A stretch of 64,000 nucleotides of DNA from an uncultured Candidatus Peribacteria bacterium (lineage in GTDB: Bacteria; Patescibacteriota; Gracilibacteria; RBG-16-42-10): assembly GCA_964514565.1 (NCBI GenBank), contig CAZERA010000002.1, positions 1-64,000 of the forward strand, read 5' to 3'. The notes under the pieces were generated by a model. It was not told the DNA's origin. It searched no databases and saw nothing but the letters and a program-made list of their open reading frames with translations. Below are positions 19,835 to 30,287 of this stretch, piece after piece (the first letter of the stretch is position 1; each line of letters opens with the position of its first letter). Made by a program: the position numbers and the translations under genes.

Positions 19835-22800
19835 CAAGGTGTATTTGCGTCTAGCAAACATAAACATAGCAACTAAACCGCTTAGAATCACAGTTAGTCC
19901 TAAAGTATCACTACCAGTTTTTGGCAATACCACTGGTACTGGAGTAGGAATAACGACTGGAGCTGGAGGAAGTGGTAGTGGTGCAGGGGCTAATACTTGG
20001 GCTTGTTTTGGTGCAGTACATGCACTTGCTGAGATTGGATCATCAAATACATCTGTAAAATCTACGGCGATGTCCTCTGCGTCAGTAGCAACAGTACTGT
20101 TGGCTTGCAAGACATTGGCTGTATTACGAAGTAATCCACCTACGTGCAGTAAACATACTGCATCCAAGCTTGTACTAGTCACACCAGAGGAAGATTGATC
20201 TTCTACTTTGATATAACGAATCCATGGCAAGTCAGAAGAACTAATATCAAAACAATTCTTGCTGCTAGTCTTTAGTTTTTCAAAGCTACTTGATTGATTG
20301 GTTTGAGCGACTGAGACACGATATCTAGTACCGCCCTGAGGCATAGCCAAACAGAAATCATCGCCGTCACCATCGACTAGGACCTTACCGGTCTTACTAG
20401 TAGCTAAAATGATCGAACCACCTTGGCCCAAAGAAACAGATTGTTGGTCCAAAGCACCAACAGCTGATTGTTCATCTGTATTACTAGTACCTAGAATTCT
20501 TGCTTTTACTACTTGCTCAGCATAAAAGTCATTGTCTTTCTTATCAGCGCCACTATCTAATCTCCATGGTTTGAGTGAGAAAGTATCACTATCCTTGAGC
20601 ACGCCAGTATAAGTAACAACATTGCGACTATTAGCAGGCAAAATAATATTTTCTACTGCTAAATTAGCTCCAGCGATGAGAGTCCCCAATGAAGACTGAA
20701 TACTTTGCCAACGCACTATATTGGTAGGCAAGGCATCATCTAGTTTCAAAGCACTACTAGCACCATTGCCAGCATTGTTCATAGTGACACGGTACTGAAT
20801 AGTATCACCTGGTTCGTAAACGGTAGATGATCCAATCACCTCTTTATTCACTGTCACCAAAGCAGTACCAAGCTGAACTGGTACTGAAATACTAGCTTCG
20901 GCTTGAGTACTTGGGACATTATTTCCGCTAGCGATAGCTGTAGTCTGACAGTTGGTAGCACTACTAATATCTGAACGAATAGTCGTAACGATACTAACAG
21001 TGCGACTTTCACCTGGTTGTAATGTACCAATATTCCAAAGAACCGTAGTAGGATCATTGGTACTAATCACACCATTGTTATTGATCACCACATTGCTAAT
21101 AGATGTCACACAACTTGGCACGAGGTTATTTACATCATCTCCCAGGTTATCACTAATCAATACATTGGTAGCAGCACTACCGCCATTGTTGGTAACAGTA
21201 ATCGTATAAGTCACCTGACTACCTGGCGTAACTGTAGTTTGATTACTACCGTGTGTAATTTGTAATACTGGAGGTGCCAACGCAGCGACTTGGAAACAAG
21301 CTGAGTCAGTCACTGCAGTAAAAATGCCCTGAGCCACTGCTGAGACTTGATTACAATATGTACCAGCAGACATCGGCGTAGTATGACCTGTTAAGCGAAT
21401 ATGAAGAACTCCACTGGGACTCAAACTAGTAGGTAAAACGATATGGCCACTGCCTTGCATAGTACAATCAGTCGAATATGAACCTGTATGCGTACTGAGT
21501 GCACCGGTAGCAACATCATACGAACATGTCCAACCAGTGCCAGTAATACCAGTTGGGAAAGCGTCATCTACTGAGAGATTGGCAATAGTAGCCAAGCTAG
21601 TATTAGCCACATCAACATAATAGGTCAAAGCCTCGTTACCGGCGACGAGTGGACCAGAAGAATTGTGGGTAGTTTCAGTAGTATCCGCACCTATTTGCAC
21701 TGACTTGAGTACAGCCAAAGTAGGATTAGGAGCAATACCAGTCACAGTAGCATCATCAGTATTGTCAGTCGTATTGTCATCCGGTTGGAGATGATCAGTA
21801 ATCAAAGCAGTATTAGTAATTGCACCAGCCGCTGTCACCGTAGCAGTAATGTTCATAGTAGCTCCTGAACCATTGAGTAGATCAGGTACATGCCAGTCGC
21901 CATCACTATTGCTATAAGTACCATCACCACTTGAGCCCACAAAAGTAAGGCCAATTGGTAAAGAATCATTGACTACAGCACCCGTACTAGTATTGGGACC
22001 GTTATTGATCACATGTAATGTATACACAACATTATCACCAATATTTACACTATTTTGATCAACTTCTTTGGTAAGATGAAGATCGGCGTTTGGTGAGACA
22101 ACTCGGAAACACGCTGTATCACTTTCGGCTGGATCGATCCCCTGGGCAGAAGCACGAACACTATTACAATAAGTACCGAGAGTAGTAGGAGCTAGGTTTC
22201 CTGTTAAACGAATATGCAGAAACTCACCAGGCTGAAGAGATTTTGCAGCATCAACTGCACCTAGAGTACCGATGCTACAAGAAACACTATACGAGCCAGT
22301 ATGATCTAAAAACGATGTACTATTCACATCATAGCCACAATCCCAACCAGTCACACCGAAAACAGTAGGGAATTCTTCACCTACAGTAAGATCACTCAAG
22401 GCACTAGTACTAGTATTTACTACATCAATAAAATAGCTAACCGCAGTACCAGGAAAGGTAGTAGGCCCGCTAGTATCATCAGAAGTCTCCACTCCACTAC
22501 CTAAACGTACTGATTTTTGAACACTGAGCGAAGGCGTAAGAGATATACCGGTTACCGAAGTACTAGCAGTGTTATCTCCAGTATCTGTGTCAGGATGTGG
22601 ATTGGTAACTACATGCGCTTCATTCACAATCACGCCAGGGCTAGTAATTGTCACTACAATATTCAATGTGGCAGTAGCACCATTAGCCAAAGTGGTAATC
22701 GCCCAGTTTCCATTGCTATCAGTGTAAGTACCATCACCATTACTACTTACATAAGTAACACCTGCTGGCAACGTATCATTGATTACAACAGCATTAGTAG

Positions 22801-25795
22801 CAGATGGCCCATCATTGTGAGCTGTAAGGGTAAAGGTAACATTATCACCGACATTGGCATGATCAGGATTTACTGTCTTGGTCAGATGCAGATCAGCTAC
22901 ATCATTTGCTAAACCCGCATTTACAGCACTCACATCATTGCCATTGCTGACGACAATAGTTTCAGTATGACCACTTTCGGGATGAACATCACTATCATTA
23001 GTCAGGTCAGAACCACTAATATGATAAGGCACAAATACAAAGTTGGTCGGAGCAGTGAACTCCACCTGATAATTGCCAGGTGTGAGATTGTCAAAGTGGT
23101 AATCACCGCTACTATCTGTAGACATAGAGACTACCCCACCAGTATCAACATTATTTAATGTCACACTAACCGCCTGAAAACCTGGCTCACTGTTATCTAG
23201 ACCATTGTAATCCAAATCTTGAAAGACATTGCCTGAGATAGTAGATGGGTTGAAGAAACCACCACTGACATCACTAAGCGTTTGGGCAAAACTAATCACT
23301 AAATTATTGGTTGTGTTATTAATAACAGAGATATCACTATCATTTACCTCATCACTTCCCATGTTTGTACCAACATTTTGCAAGGTAGCAACATAATTAG
23401 TAGGACTAATCATACGAACGCGATATGTATCAGGTCTTAAATTAGTAAATACATATTTCCCATCTGCTGGAGTACTCAAGATTGGAGCTGTGGTGGTAGT
23501 AGCGACGATAGCATCCAATGAATCTAATAATTGCACAGTCACACCAGCAATAGGCTGATCAACCAAGGTATTACGAATACCGTCATTATTGATGTCTTCA
23601 AATGCAAAACCAGTAATACTAGCACCAGAGAAATAACCAATAGCACTAGCAGAAGTGTTGCCAGAAGCTGCGGTAGTAAATTGCTGAGGCATATTGCTAG
23701 TTGTGACGTTGAAACCAACAACAGGATCAACTGTAATACGATATTCAGTACTATTTTCAATTAAAACATTCCCAACTGTATTAGTACTATTAAAGGTATA
23801 GTTGCCTCCACTATTGGTAGTAATCGTAGCCATAGGCACACTAGTACTCACAGAAACCTTGTAAAGATTCACTGTCCAACCACTTAAACCAGGCTCACTA
23901 TTAAAATCTCCGCTATTATTGGTATCTTGGAAAACATTCCCGGTAATTGCGGGCTCTGCACTGACTGTCAGTGGTAAATACTGGTAATCATCTTCCCCGA
24001 GAAAAAAACTAGTAGTACCTGGAACTGAGTCAATATCTCCACTGATACTTGCTGGAGTCGTTGTAGGAAGAGTTGGCGAAGTCATGCTCATAATCTCAGC
24101 TGTAGCTTGCTCAGCACCTACCCCGCCCAGTACTACATCGATATCTAAAGTCGCACTTGCGCCACCTACCAGAGTCGGAATATTCCAAACTCCACTGCCA
24201 AATGTACCAGTAGAAGCAACAGGTGATCCTGAAATAGTACCTATAATTGGATCATCAACATTGATACTGATGCCACTTGCTGTCACTGTACTTTGATTTT
24301 CAACTGTGTAATGAAAAGTAACAGTAGAATGAGCAAAATAGGTTGGTCCTGTGGGTGTAGTAGTAATAGTCAATAACTGTAAATCAGTTTGATTATTGAT
24401 ACCAAAGGCATGGCCGACACTAGAGCTTGAGGTAGCTACACGTAGATTAGTATAAGTACTGGGAGAACTAGTAACATGATACCCCAGAGGAAGGACAACG
24501 GTCAGAGTATACGCAGAAGAAGTCGGAAACAAAGCTATATCATTTGCAGGTACGGTAACAGTAAAGTTTCCCAAACTATCAGAAATAGCAGTTGGTGAGG
24601 TAAAAGCACCATCAGTAGCATAGATACCGATTCCAGACGCTAAATGATCTCCACTATTGGATACACCATCATCAGCATTAGTTGGATTATCACTACCATT
24701 ATCATAAAAAACATAACCTGTGATAGTCCCCGTATTAGTAGTCACATAACTACTAATAGGACCATCAATTGAGGCCCCTTGATCACCGGCCAGAACTCCA
24801 CTAGTTGAAAAAACAGCAGCTCTAGTTCCACTCGAGAGCGCCGCAGTTTGCACGCCTGACCACTTAAAAAATATAGTCTGTCCCGAAGCCAAAGACCCAG
24901 ATATAGAGTATTCGTAAGTCGATCCACTAACAGGTGTCTCAACACAAGCTGGTGCTCCGGTAAAATCGACACCAACAGTGCCAGTAGATGCTACCACATA
25001 TAAACACGACCTAGTACCAAGATCCATGCCAGTAGGATACTGCAAAGTGATGTACGTGGCGGTAGCTGTTGTATTACTATTATTGTCCAAATTTGCATAA
25101 TAGCCGATGAAATCACCAGGTAATACTCGCAAACCTGGAGAAACATGGGAGCTATCCGTACCGTAACTACTAAAACTACTCACGTTAGTCAGTGATATCC
25201 CTTTCGTTGGTGTAATGTAAGCGCTAATCGGACCAGCAGTAACGCTAGGTCCAGCAGAAAATGTCCCCGCCCCGTCCACGTCAGCCTGAAAAGCCACACC
25301 ACTTGGTCCAGTTACTTCAAGGCCAGAAATTCGGTAATAAATAGTTTTATTGGCAGACAGACTAGTTGATATACTGTATTCATACCTTGAACCACTAATA
25401 AATGTCTCTGTACACGTACCTGGTGAACTAAAATTAACGCTACTATTCGCTAGGCCAATATCATCAATAACGTATTCACAAAGCCTGCCTGCACTATTTA
25501 GATCGCTATTGGATGGATATACTAAACTTATGATTGGAATCAGTAGGGTGGTTGTTGAACTCTCATTATTCAACTGTACATAATATCCCGATGCGGTCCT
25601 CCGTGGAGTACTCAATCCCGGTGAAGTATTAGTATTGTCTTCTGTACTACTATTGTAAGCTTGAATATCAACTGAAATATTTTCTGCAGCATGTATTTTG
25701 ATAAATTGAGCAGGGAGAAATATTGCATTGGCAATCAATCCAATAATAGAAAATGCCGTAATAAACTTAACTACTCTTTTGAGGGGGCTATTCAT
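19820..25795 (-). CDS. Giant cell-surface protein: SdrD-B/Cna-B-like and DUF11 repeats, C-terminal LPKTG sorting signal
   Basis: 1991 aa; signal peptide; ITG.VF.D.N..G repeats; ADLHLTK.V...VGDNV DUF11 repeats; LPKTG-TM-RRK tail. Confidence 0.9.
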   Translation of the reverse strand: MNSPLKRVVKFITAFSIIGLIANAIFLPAQFIKIHAAENISVDIQAYNSSTEDNTNTSPGLSTPRRTASGYYVQLNNESSTTTLLIPIISLVYPSNSDLNSAGRLCEYVIDDIGLANSSVNFSSPGTCTETFISGSRYEYSISTSLSANKTIYYRISGLEVTGPSGVAFQADVDGAGTFSAGPSVTAGPISAYITPTKGISLTNVSSFSSYGTDSSHVSPGLRVLPGDFIGYYANLDNNSNTTATATYITLQYPTGMDLGTRSCLYVVASTGTVGVDFTGAPACVETPVSGSTYEYSISGSLASGQTIFFKWSGVQTAALSSGTRAAVFSTSGVLAGDQGASIDGPISSYVTTNTGTITGYVFYDNGSDNPTNADDGVSNSGDHLASGIGIYATDGAFTSPTAISDSLGNFTVTVPANDIALFPTSSAYTLTVVLPLGYHVTSSPSTYTNLRVATSSSSVGHAFGINNQTDLQLLTITTTPTGPTYFAHSTVTFHYTVENQSTVTASGISINVDDPIIGTISGSPVASTGTFGSGVWNIPTLVGGASATLDIDVVLGGVGAEQATAEIMSMTSPTLPTTTPASISGDIDSVPGTTSFFLGEDDYQYLPLTVSAEPAITGNVFQDTNNSGDFNSEPGLSGWTVNLYKVSVSTSVPMATITTNSGGNYTFNSTNTVGNVLIENSTEYRITVDPVVGFNVTTSNMPQQFTTAASGNTSASAIGYFSGASITGFAFEDINNDGIRNTLVDQPIAGVTVQLLDSLDAIVATTTTAPILSTPADGKYVFTNLRPDTYRVRMISPTNYVATLQNVGTNMGSDEVNDSDISVINNTTNNLVISFAQTLSDVSGGFFNPSTISGNVFQDLDYNGLDNSEPGFQAVSVTLNNVDTGGVVSMSTDSSGDYHFDNLTPGNYQVEFTAPTNFVFVPYHISGSDLTNDSDVHPESGHTETIVVSNGNDVSAVNAGLANDVADLHLTKTVNPDHANVGDNVTFTLTAHNDGPSATNAVVINDTLPAGVTYVSSNGDGTYTDSNGNWAITTLANGATATLNIVVTITSPGVIVNEAHVVTNPHPDTDTGDNTASTSVTGISLTPSLSVQKSVRLGSGVETSDDTSGPTTFPGTAVSYFIDVVNTSTSALSDLTVGEEFPTVFGVTGWDCGYDVNSTSFLDHTGSYSVSCSIGTLGAVDAAKSLQPGEFLHIRLTGNLAPTTLGTYCNSVRASAQGIDPAESDTACFRVVSPNADLHLTKEVDQNSVNIGDNVVYTLHVINNGPNTSTGAVVNDSLPIGLTFVGSSGDGTYSNSDGDWHVPDLLNGSGATMNITATVTAAGAITNTALITDHLQPDDNTTDNTDDATVTGIAPNPTLAVLKSVQIGADTTETTHNSSGPLVAGNEALTYYVDVANTSLATIANLSVDDAFPTGITGTGWTCSYDVATGALSTHTGSYSTDCTMQGSGHIVLPTSLSPSGVLHIRLTGHTTPMSAGTYCNQVSAVAQGIFTAVTDSACFQVAALAPPVLQITHGSNQTTVTPGSQVTYTITVTNNGGSAATNVLISDNLGDDVNNLVPSCVTSISNVVINNNGVISTNDPTTVLWNIGTLQPGESRTVSIVTTIRSDISSATNCQTTAIASGNNVPSTQAEASISVPVQLGTALVTVNKEVIGSSTVYEPGDTIQYRVTMNNAGNGASSALKLDDALPTNIVRWQSIQSSLGTLIAGANLAVENIILPANSRNVVTYTGVLKDSDTFSLKPWRLDSGADKKDNDFYAEQVVKARILGTSNTDEQSAVGALDQQSVSLGQGGSIILATSKTGKVLVDGDGDDFCLAMPQGGTRYRVSVAQTNQSSSFEKLKTSSKNCFDISSSDLPWIRYIKVEDQSSSGVTSTSLDAVCLLHVGGLLRNTANVLQANSTVATDAEDIAVDFTDVFDDPISASACTAPKQAQVLAPAPLPLPPAPVVIPTPVPVVLPKTGSDTLGLTVILSGLVAMFMFARRKYTLGSKK

Positions 25796-25898
25796 GTTTT
25801 TTATTTTTGTTTCTAGTCAGTTTACCACACTTTCATACTAATAAAAAAGCGTATAGCTCGATCTTCATTCATATGAAGACCAAACATATACACTTTAG

Positions 25899-25920
25899 AT
25901 CCTTCGCAATAGCGAAGGAT
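25899..25920. terminator. Perfect hairpin immediately downstream of ssb
   Basis: ATCCTTCGC-AATA-GCGAAGGAT; no clear U-tail, so terminator or REP-like. Confidence 0.5.
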
Positions 25921-25925
25921 GCAGG

Positions 25926-26408
25926 CTAAAACGGAATATCCTCAATCTGAATTGGCTCACCAGTAGGCATGGATTGAATACCACTACTCATATTTGCTGG
26001 AGCCTTAGGTGCTGCAGCTGTCATCGGAGGAGTATTATTCATTGCCAATGGCGCAGGACTGCTTTCGCCATCTTTGCGTGGAGACAACAAGACTAAGTCA
26101 TCACCAATAATCTCAGTCTTGTATTTCTTGGTACCATCTTGGCTGTCCCAGCTGCGCGTCTTGAGATATCCCTTTACATACACCTTGCCACCTTTGCGGA
26201 GGTACTGTGAAGCAATATCAGCTAAACCACGCCACAACACTACGTTGTGAAATTCAGTTTCTTCTTGCAATTGACCATTTTGATCTTTCCAAGCACGATT
26301 GGTAGCAATAGTGATAGTAGCCACTGAAGCACCAGAAGGAATTTGTTTCACTTCAGGGTCTTGGGTAAGGTTACCAATCAATTGCACCATGTTGAGAGAG
26401 CGGGCCAT
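25926..26408 (-). CDS. ssb: Single-stranded DNA-binding protein
   Basis: LNMVQLIGNLTQDPE, TEFHNVVLW, YLRKGGKVYVKG, C-terminal EDIPF. Confidence 0.97.
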   Translation of the reverse strand: MARSLNMVQLIGNLTQDPEVKQIPSGASVATITIATNRAWKDQNGQLQEETEFHNVVLWRGLADIASQYLRKGGKVYVKGYLKTRSWDSQDGTKKYKTEIIGDDLVLLSPRKDGESSPAPLAMNNTPPMTAAAPKAPANMSSGIQSMPTGEPIQIEDIPF

Positions 26409-26420
26409 CTTTGGAGGGAG

Positions 26421-26473
26421 TTAAGAGGTAAAAGGGAAGAGGTAAGAAATTTGGATTTCTTTTTTCTCTTACT
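26421..26473. repeat. Heptamer array family A
   Basis: TAAGAGGTAAAAGGGAAGAGGTAAGAAATTT (26422-26452), 1 mismatch to the reverse complement of 19799-19829; short degenerate opposite arm 26455-26473. Confidence 0.8.
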
Positions 26474-27332
26474 AGGCTGTTTGAATTAACATCATTACGT
26501 CTTTGCGGTGCCACCAATATATCGCACCACCGATCACAAGGAAAGAAAAGCTTAAACTAAGAGCACGATTGCGTTCGTTAGTAGGGTAAGTATCAGTTTT
26601 AGCCTTTTGGATTTTGTCGTCAAGGTTAGTCATAGCCTGTGCTGCTCGTTCTTGGGCAACAGTCATATTCACGAAGGTGTATTTACCTTGAACCTGATCA
26701 TTCAACACATTACGTAAAGTATAGGTGTCATAGTGAGGAGGTAAAATATATTGCTCCAATACCACATTGATCACACCCACACCACCGATTACCACTGCTA
26801 TGAGACTGAGATATGCTGTAGTGAAGAGATAGGCATAACGGATAGTACTTGTACTTGTTTCAGTACCAACTTCACTCGCCATAGGCTTAATAATCTTGCG
26901 GCGGTAAAGTAGGAATATTGGCAGACAAACTAATAATAGTGGGATTGACCATGACAACTGATCACGCCAGTTTTGAGTAAATGAAATAGCATCAACGCGT
27001 TCATCAATCACTGTTTGCTTTTGCTTCAAGAAATCCTCAACACCCGTGTCATACGTCACACCATACAAATTATCTAAAGGACGTGAATACAAATACCCGC
27101 TGTCACTTTGGGTAGGAAATACAACGGTATTGAGCAGAGTATTGAAAAGCAAAATAGCAGTAACCACACTGATCAAAAGTGTAGTGACTAGGATGCCGTA
27201 GAGATAGAGATTACGGAACACCATCAAAGCGCGATCACGAGCAAAGAGTAGCACCAAACCGACTAATACTACCGACACAAAAGCGATCGGTAACAAAACC
27301 CAAGAAACTGACTCAATCATAAAGTTCATCAT
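26472..27332 (-). CDS. Membrane protein with two DUF5671-like repeats
   Basis: Duplicated unit FRNLYLY...LPIFLLYRR / IRYAYLF...GAIYWWHRK. Confidence 0.7.
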   Translation of the reverse strand: MMNFMIESVSWVLLPIAFVSVVLVGLVLLFARDRALMVFRNLYLYGILVTTLLISVVTAILLFNTLLNTVVFPTQSDSGYLYSRPLDNLYGVTYDTGVEDFLKQKQTVIDERVDAISFTQNWRDQLSWSIPLLLVCLPIFLLYRRKIIKPMASEVGTETSTSTIRYAYLFTTAYLSLIAVVIGGVGVINVVLEQYILPPHYDTYTLRNVLNDQVQGKYTFVNMTVAQERAAQAMTNLDDKIQKAKTDTYPTNERNRALSLSFSFLVIGGAIYWWHRKDVMMLIQTA

Positions 27333-28870
27333 AGGACTAGTGAATTAATCATTGTTGAAGGTATCACAATTCCCAACAAATCTAAAAAGGTAGGCGCGAC
27401 ATTAGACAAAGTACCTGTTTGTAACTTTGCTGTACCGAGGCGTTTCATTAACGCCGGCTGATAATTGACTAGATAAAATGGCACTTGATTGTCAGTATGT
27501 GAGCCATTCTTACCACCATCAGCAGTTAACATTTCTTCACAATTACCATGGTCAGCGGTGATACACATAAAGCCATGTTGTTTCTCAAGCTCGGTATCAA
27601 TTAAGGCAAGAGCTTCATCTACAGCTTGCACAGCTACCTTTGTCGCTTCTAGATTGGCTGTATGTCCCACCATGTCTGCATTGGCAAAATTAGCAATGAT
27701 CACATCATATTTTTTTGATTGTAGTGCTTCCACAATAGTTTTGGCAATCTGATCTGCCTGCATCTTCGGCTTCAAATCATACGTAGCAACTTTATCCGAC
27801 GAAATGAGCTTTTTAGTTTCTAGTGGATAATCTACTTCCTGATAGCCATCAAATACTTTCGTCACATAAGCCCATTTTTCTGTTTCAGCCAAACGTAATT
27901 GTTTGAGTTTGGCCTTCGATAAAACTTCTCCCAGCGGTTCTTCAATCCGCTCTTGGCCAAAAGCTACTGGCACCTTTATCTCATCATAATAAGCAGTGGT
28001 AGCCACAAAATGTAGCTCAGGAAAAGTACGTTTAAAATGTTCAAAACTTTTTTCAGTGAAAGCCTGCGCAAGCTCAACTGCTCGATCTACACGGAAATTC
28101 CAAAATATCACACCATCCCCTTTCTCCATTGGTTCCGACTCAGCAAAAACGGTAGGTCGAATAAACTCATCAGTTGCGGGTAGCTCTTGATTATCAGCTT
28201 TGTAATATTTGCTCAAGAAATCATCAATTGTAGATTCTTTAGCACCATCATTTTGTGTATAAAGACGATATGCTTTTTCCACCCTATCCCAACGTTGATC
28301 TCTATCCATGGCGAAATAACGACCAACAATGGTAGCGATGGTACCCAAATCTTGTTTCTTTATTTCAGCCTGTAAATCTTTCACAAACTTAGGCAATTCA
28401 GTTGGTAAAGTATCGCGGCCATCAGCAATGATATGAATCATTACTTTACTCACGTCTTTTTGTTTAGCCAAAGCAAGAAGTTGATAAGCAAGTTCAGCAT
28501 AAGCATGTATACCTCGATCAGAAAGCAAACCAATTAAATGTAGAGTTTTATCTTGATCATGACAGTACTGCATCACTTCATTATAAGCAGCATTCTTAGC
28601 AACCAATCCTTTATCAAGCGCAGCCTTAATTTGGCTTTGAGGAAATACCACCTGGCGACCAGCGCCAATCATTAAATGTCCCATTTCCGAACTACCTTGA
28701 TGTCCCTTTGGCAACCCAACCTTTTCACCAGCAGCAGCAAGAACAGTATGCAAATGATCACGCTCAAACCTTTTGATAGTAGGCAAATCCACTAAACTCA
28801 AAGCATTCCCCGGTCCTTTGTCAGCAATCCCCCACCCATCAAGGATAATTAATAAAGCAGGTGTATTCAT
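27329..28870 (-). CDS. gpmI: 2,3-bisphosphoglycerate-independent phosphoglycerate mutase
   Basis: LIILDGWG, GSSEMGH, GRYFAMDRDQRW, AETEK, NFANADMVGHT, TADHGNCE. Confidence 0.96.
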   Translation of the reverse strand: MNTPALLIILDGWGIADKGPGNALSLVDLPTIKRFERDHLHTVLAAAGEKVGLPKGHQGSSEMGHLMIGAGRQVVFPQSQIKAALDKGLVAKNAAYNEVMQYCHDQDKTLHLIGLLSDRGIHAYAELAYQLLALAKQKDVSKVMIHIIADGRDTLPTELPKFVKDLQAEIKKQDLGTIATIVGRYFAMDRDQRWDRVEKAYRLYTQNDGAKESTIDDFLSKYYKADNQELPATDEFIRPTVFAESEPMEKGDGVIFWNFRVDRAVELAQAFTEKSFEHFKRTFPELHFVATTAYYDEIKVPVAFGQERIEEPLGEVLSKAKLKQLRLAETEKWAYVTKVFDGYQEVDYPLETKKLISSDKVATYDLKPKMQADQIAKTIVEALQSKKYDVIIANFANADMVGHTANLEATKVAVQAVDEALALIDTELEKQHGFMCITADHGNCEEMLTADGGKNGSHTDNQVPFYLVNYQPALMKRLGTAKLQTGTLSNVAPTFLDLLGIVIPSTMINSLVL

Positions 28871-28884
28871 AGTAACTAAATGAG

Positions 28885-30138
28885 TTAAAATCTCTGATCT
28901 CTGACCTCTGCTCTCTGATCAAATTGAATGAGTCTATTGTACTTAGCTAATCGTTCGCTCCTACTACATGAACCTGTTTTGATGAATGTGGATGAAACAG
29001 CATAAGCAATATCAGCAATAGTAGTATCTTCCGTCTCTCCACTACGATGAGAAATAATTGTCTTCCACCCATATTGGTTTGCTAAAGCAATCGCAGCCAT
29101 AGTTTGGCAGATAGTTCCAATTTGATTAGGTTTCACAATCATTGCAGACACCAATCCTTTACTCTGAACTAATTTCATCCGTTCTACATTGGTAACAGTC
29201 AAATCATCACCAACAATCTGCACCTTTTTACCGATCCGGTCTTGAAGCTGCTGCCATGCATCGAAATCATCTTCAGCAAATGGATCTTCAATAGAAATAA
29301 TTGGATACTGTTCAGTCAAATCTTGATAGAAATCTACTAAAGCAGTAGCAGAAAAGGTTTTGCCTTCTAGCTGATAATTACCATCATGAAAAAGCTCAGT
29401 AGCAGCCACATCTAATGCCAATTTAATATCGTTACCAAAGCGATAAGGTGTTAGATCACACGCTTCTTTAATCAAATCAAAAGCTTCACTGACACGCTGG
29501 ATAGTGGGAGCAAATCCGCCCTCATCTCCCACCAAAGTAGACATACCATGCTTAGCCAGTATCTTTTTGAGAGCACCAAAAATTTCTGCTGCTATCATCA
29601 CCTTTTCACTAGTAGTCGAGCCAACAACTGGAACAATCATGGTCTCTTGAATAGCTAAGCCTGAAGCAGCATGTTTGCCACCATTGATTACATTGACCAT
29701 AGGTGTCACTACCGCAGTAATATTTGCGTAACCATATTGTGACCTCAGTAATTCAAAAACCTCTACACCAGAAACATTAGCTTGCAATCGCAAGAAACAA
29801 ATAGACGCAGCAATCGCTAAATTCCCACCAATCTTTTGGAAATTATTGGTAGCATCAAAATTAATTAACCATTGATCAAAATCAACAATTGATTCCCAAG
29901 ATTGATCAATCAGTTTCGGTACAATAGTAGTAGCAAAAAACTCCAGTGCTTTTTGGATGTTTTTACCACCAAAACGTTCGCCGCCATCACGCCATTCATA
30001 AGCTTCATGAGAACCAGTAGAAGCACCACTTGGTGACATTCCTACAGCGTGATGCTCGTCACTAGCTAAATGAACTGCAATAGTAGGTACACCTCTAGAA
30101 TCCAACACTGCATATGCAGAAGCTTGCGTAATTTTCAT
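28885..30138 (-). CDS. eno: Enolase
   Basis: LDSRGVPT, PSGASTG, VGDEGGFAP, VGDDL, KPNQIG, SHRSGETED, ERLAKYN; ATG at 30138 (MKITQ). Confidence 0.96.
   Translation of the reverse strand: MKITQASAYAVLDSRGVPTIAVHLASDEHHAVGMSPSGASTGSHEAYEWRDGGERFGGKNIQKALEFFATTIVPKLIDQSWESIVDFDQWLINFDATNNFQKIGGNLAIAASICFLRLQANVSGVEVFELLRSQYGYANITAVVTPMVNVINGGKHAASGLAIQETMIVPVVGSTTSEKVMIAAEIFGALKKILAKHGMSTLVGDEGGFAPTIQRVSEAFDLIKEACDLTPYRFGNDIKLALDVAATELFHDGNYQLEGKTFSATALVDFYQDLTEQYPIISIEDPFAEDDFDAWQQLQDRIGKKVQIVGDDLTVTNVERMKLVQSKGLVSAMIVKPNQIGTICQTMAAIALANQYGWKTIISHRSGETEDTTIADIAYAVSSTFIKTGSCSRSERLAKYNRLIQFDQRAEVRDQRF
28890..28920 (-). repeat. Heptamer array family D inside the eno 3' end
   Basis: Minus strand GATCAGA GAGCAGA GGTCAGA GATCAGA, translated as DQRAEVRDQRF. 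Confidence 0.75.
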
Positions 30139-30287
30139 AAATAAGTTGCCAATACCAATACAACCTAGGACGATTGGCAAAATGGCACAATACCTTTCCA
30201 AACTTTCATTTCATTTAATATCTTTATTCACTCACCTTGTGGCTAAAAACACTTTTGTTAGACTCTCAATAACTTTAACTTTTTCTG

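Noticed and set aside
14311..25583. Many 60-180-aa ORFs overlapping the two giant genes
   Set aside because: Antisense or alternate-frame shadows of Thr/Val/Ser-rich coding sequence with no motifs.
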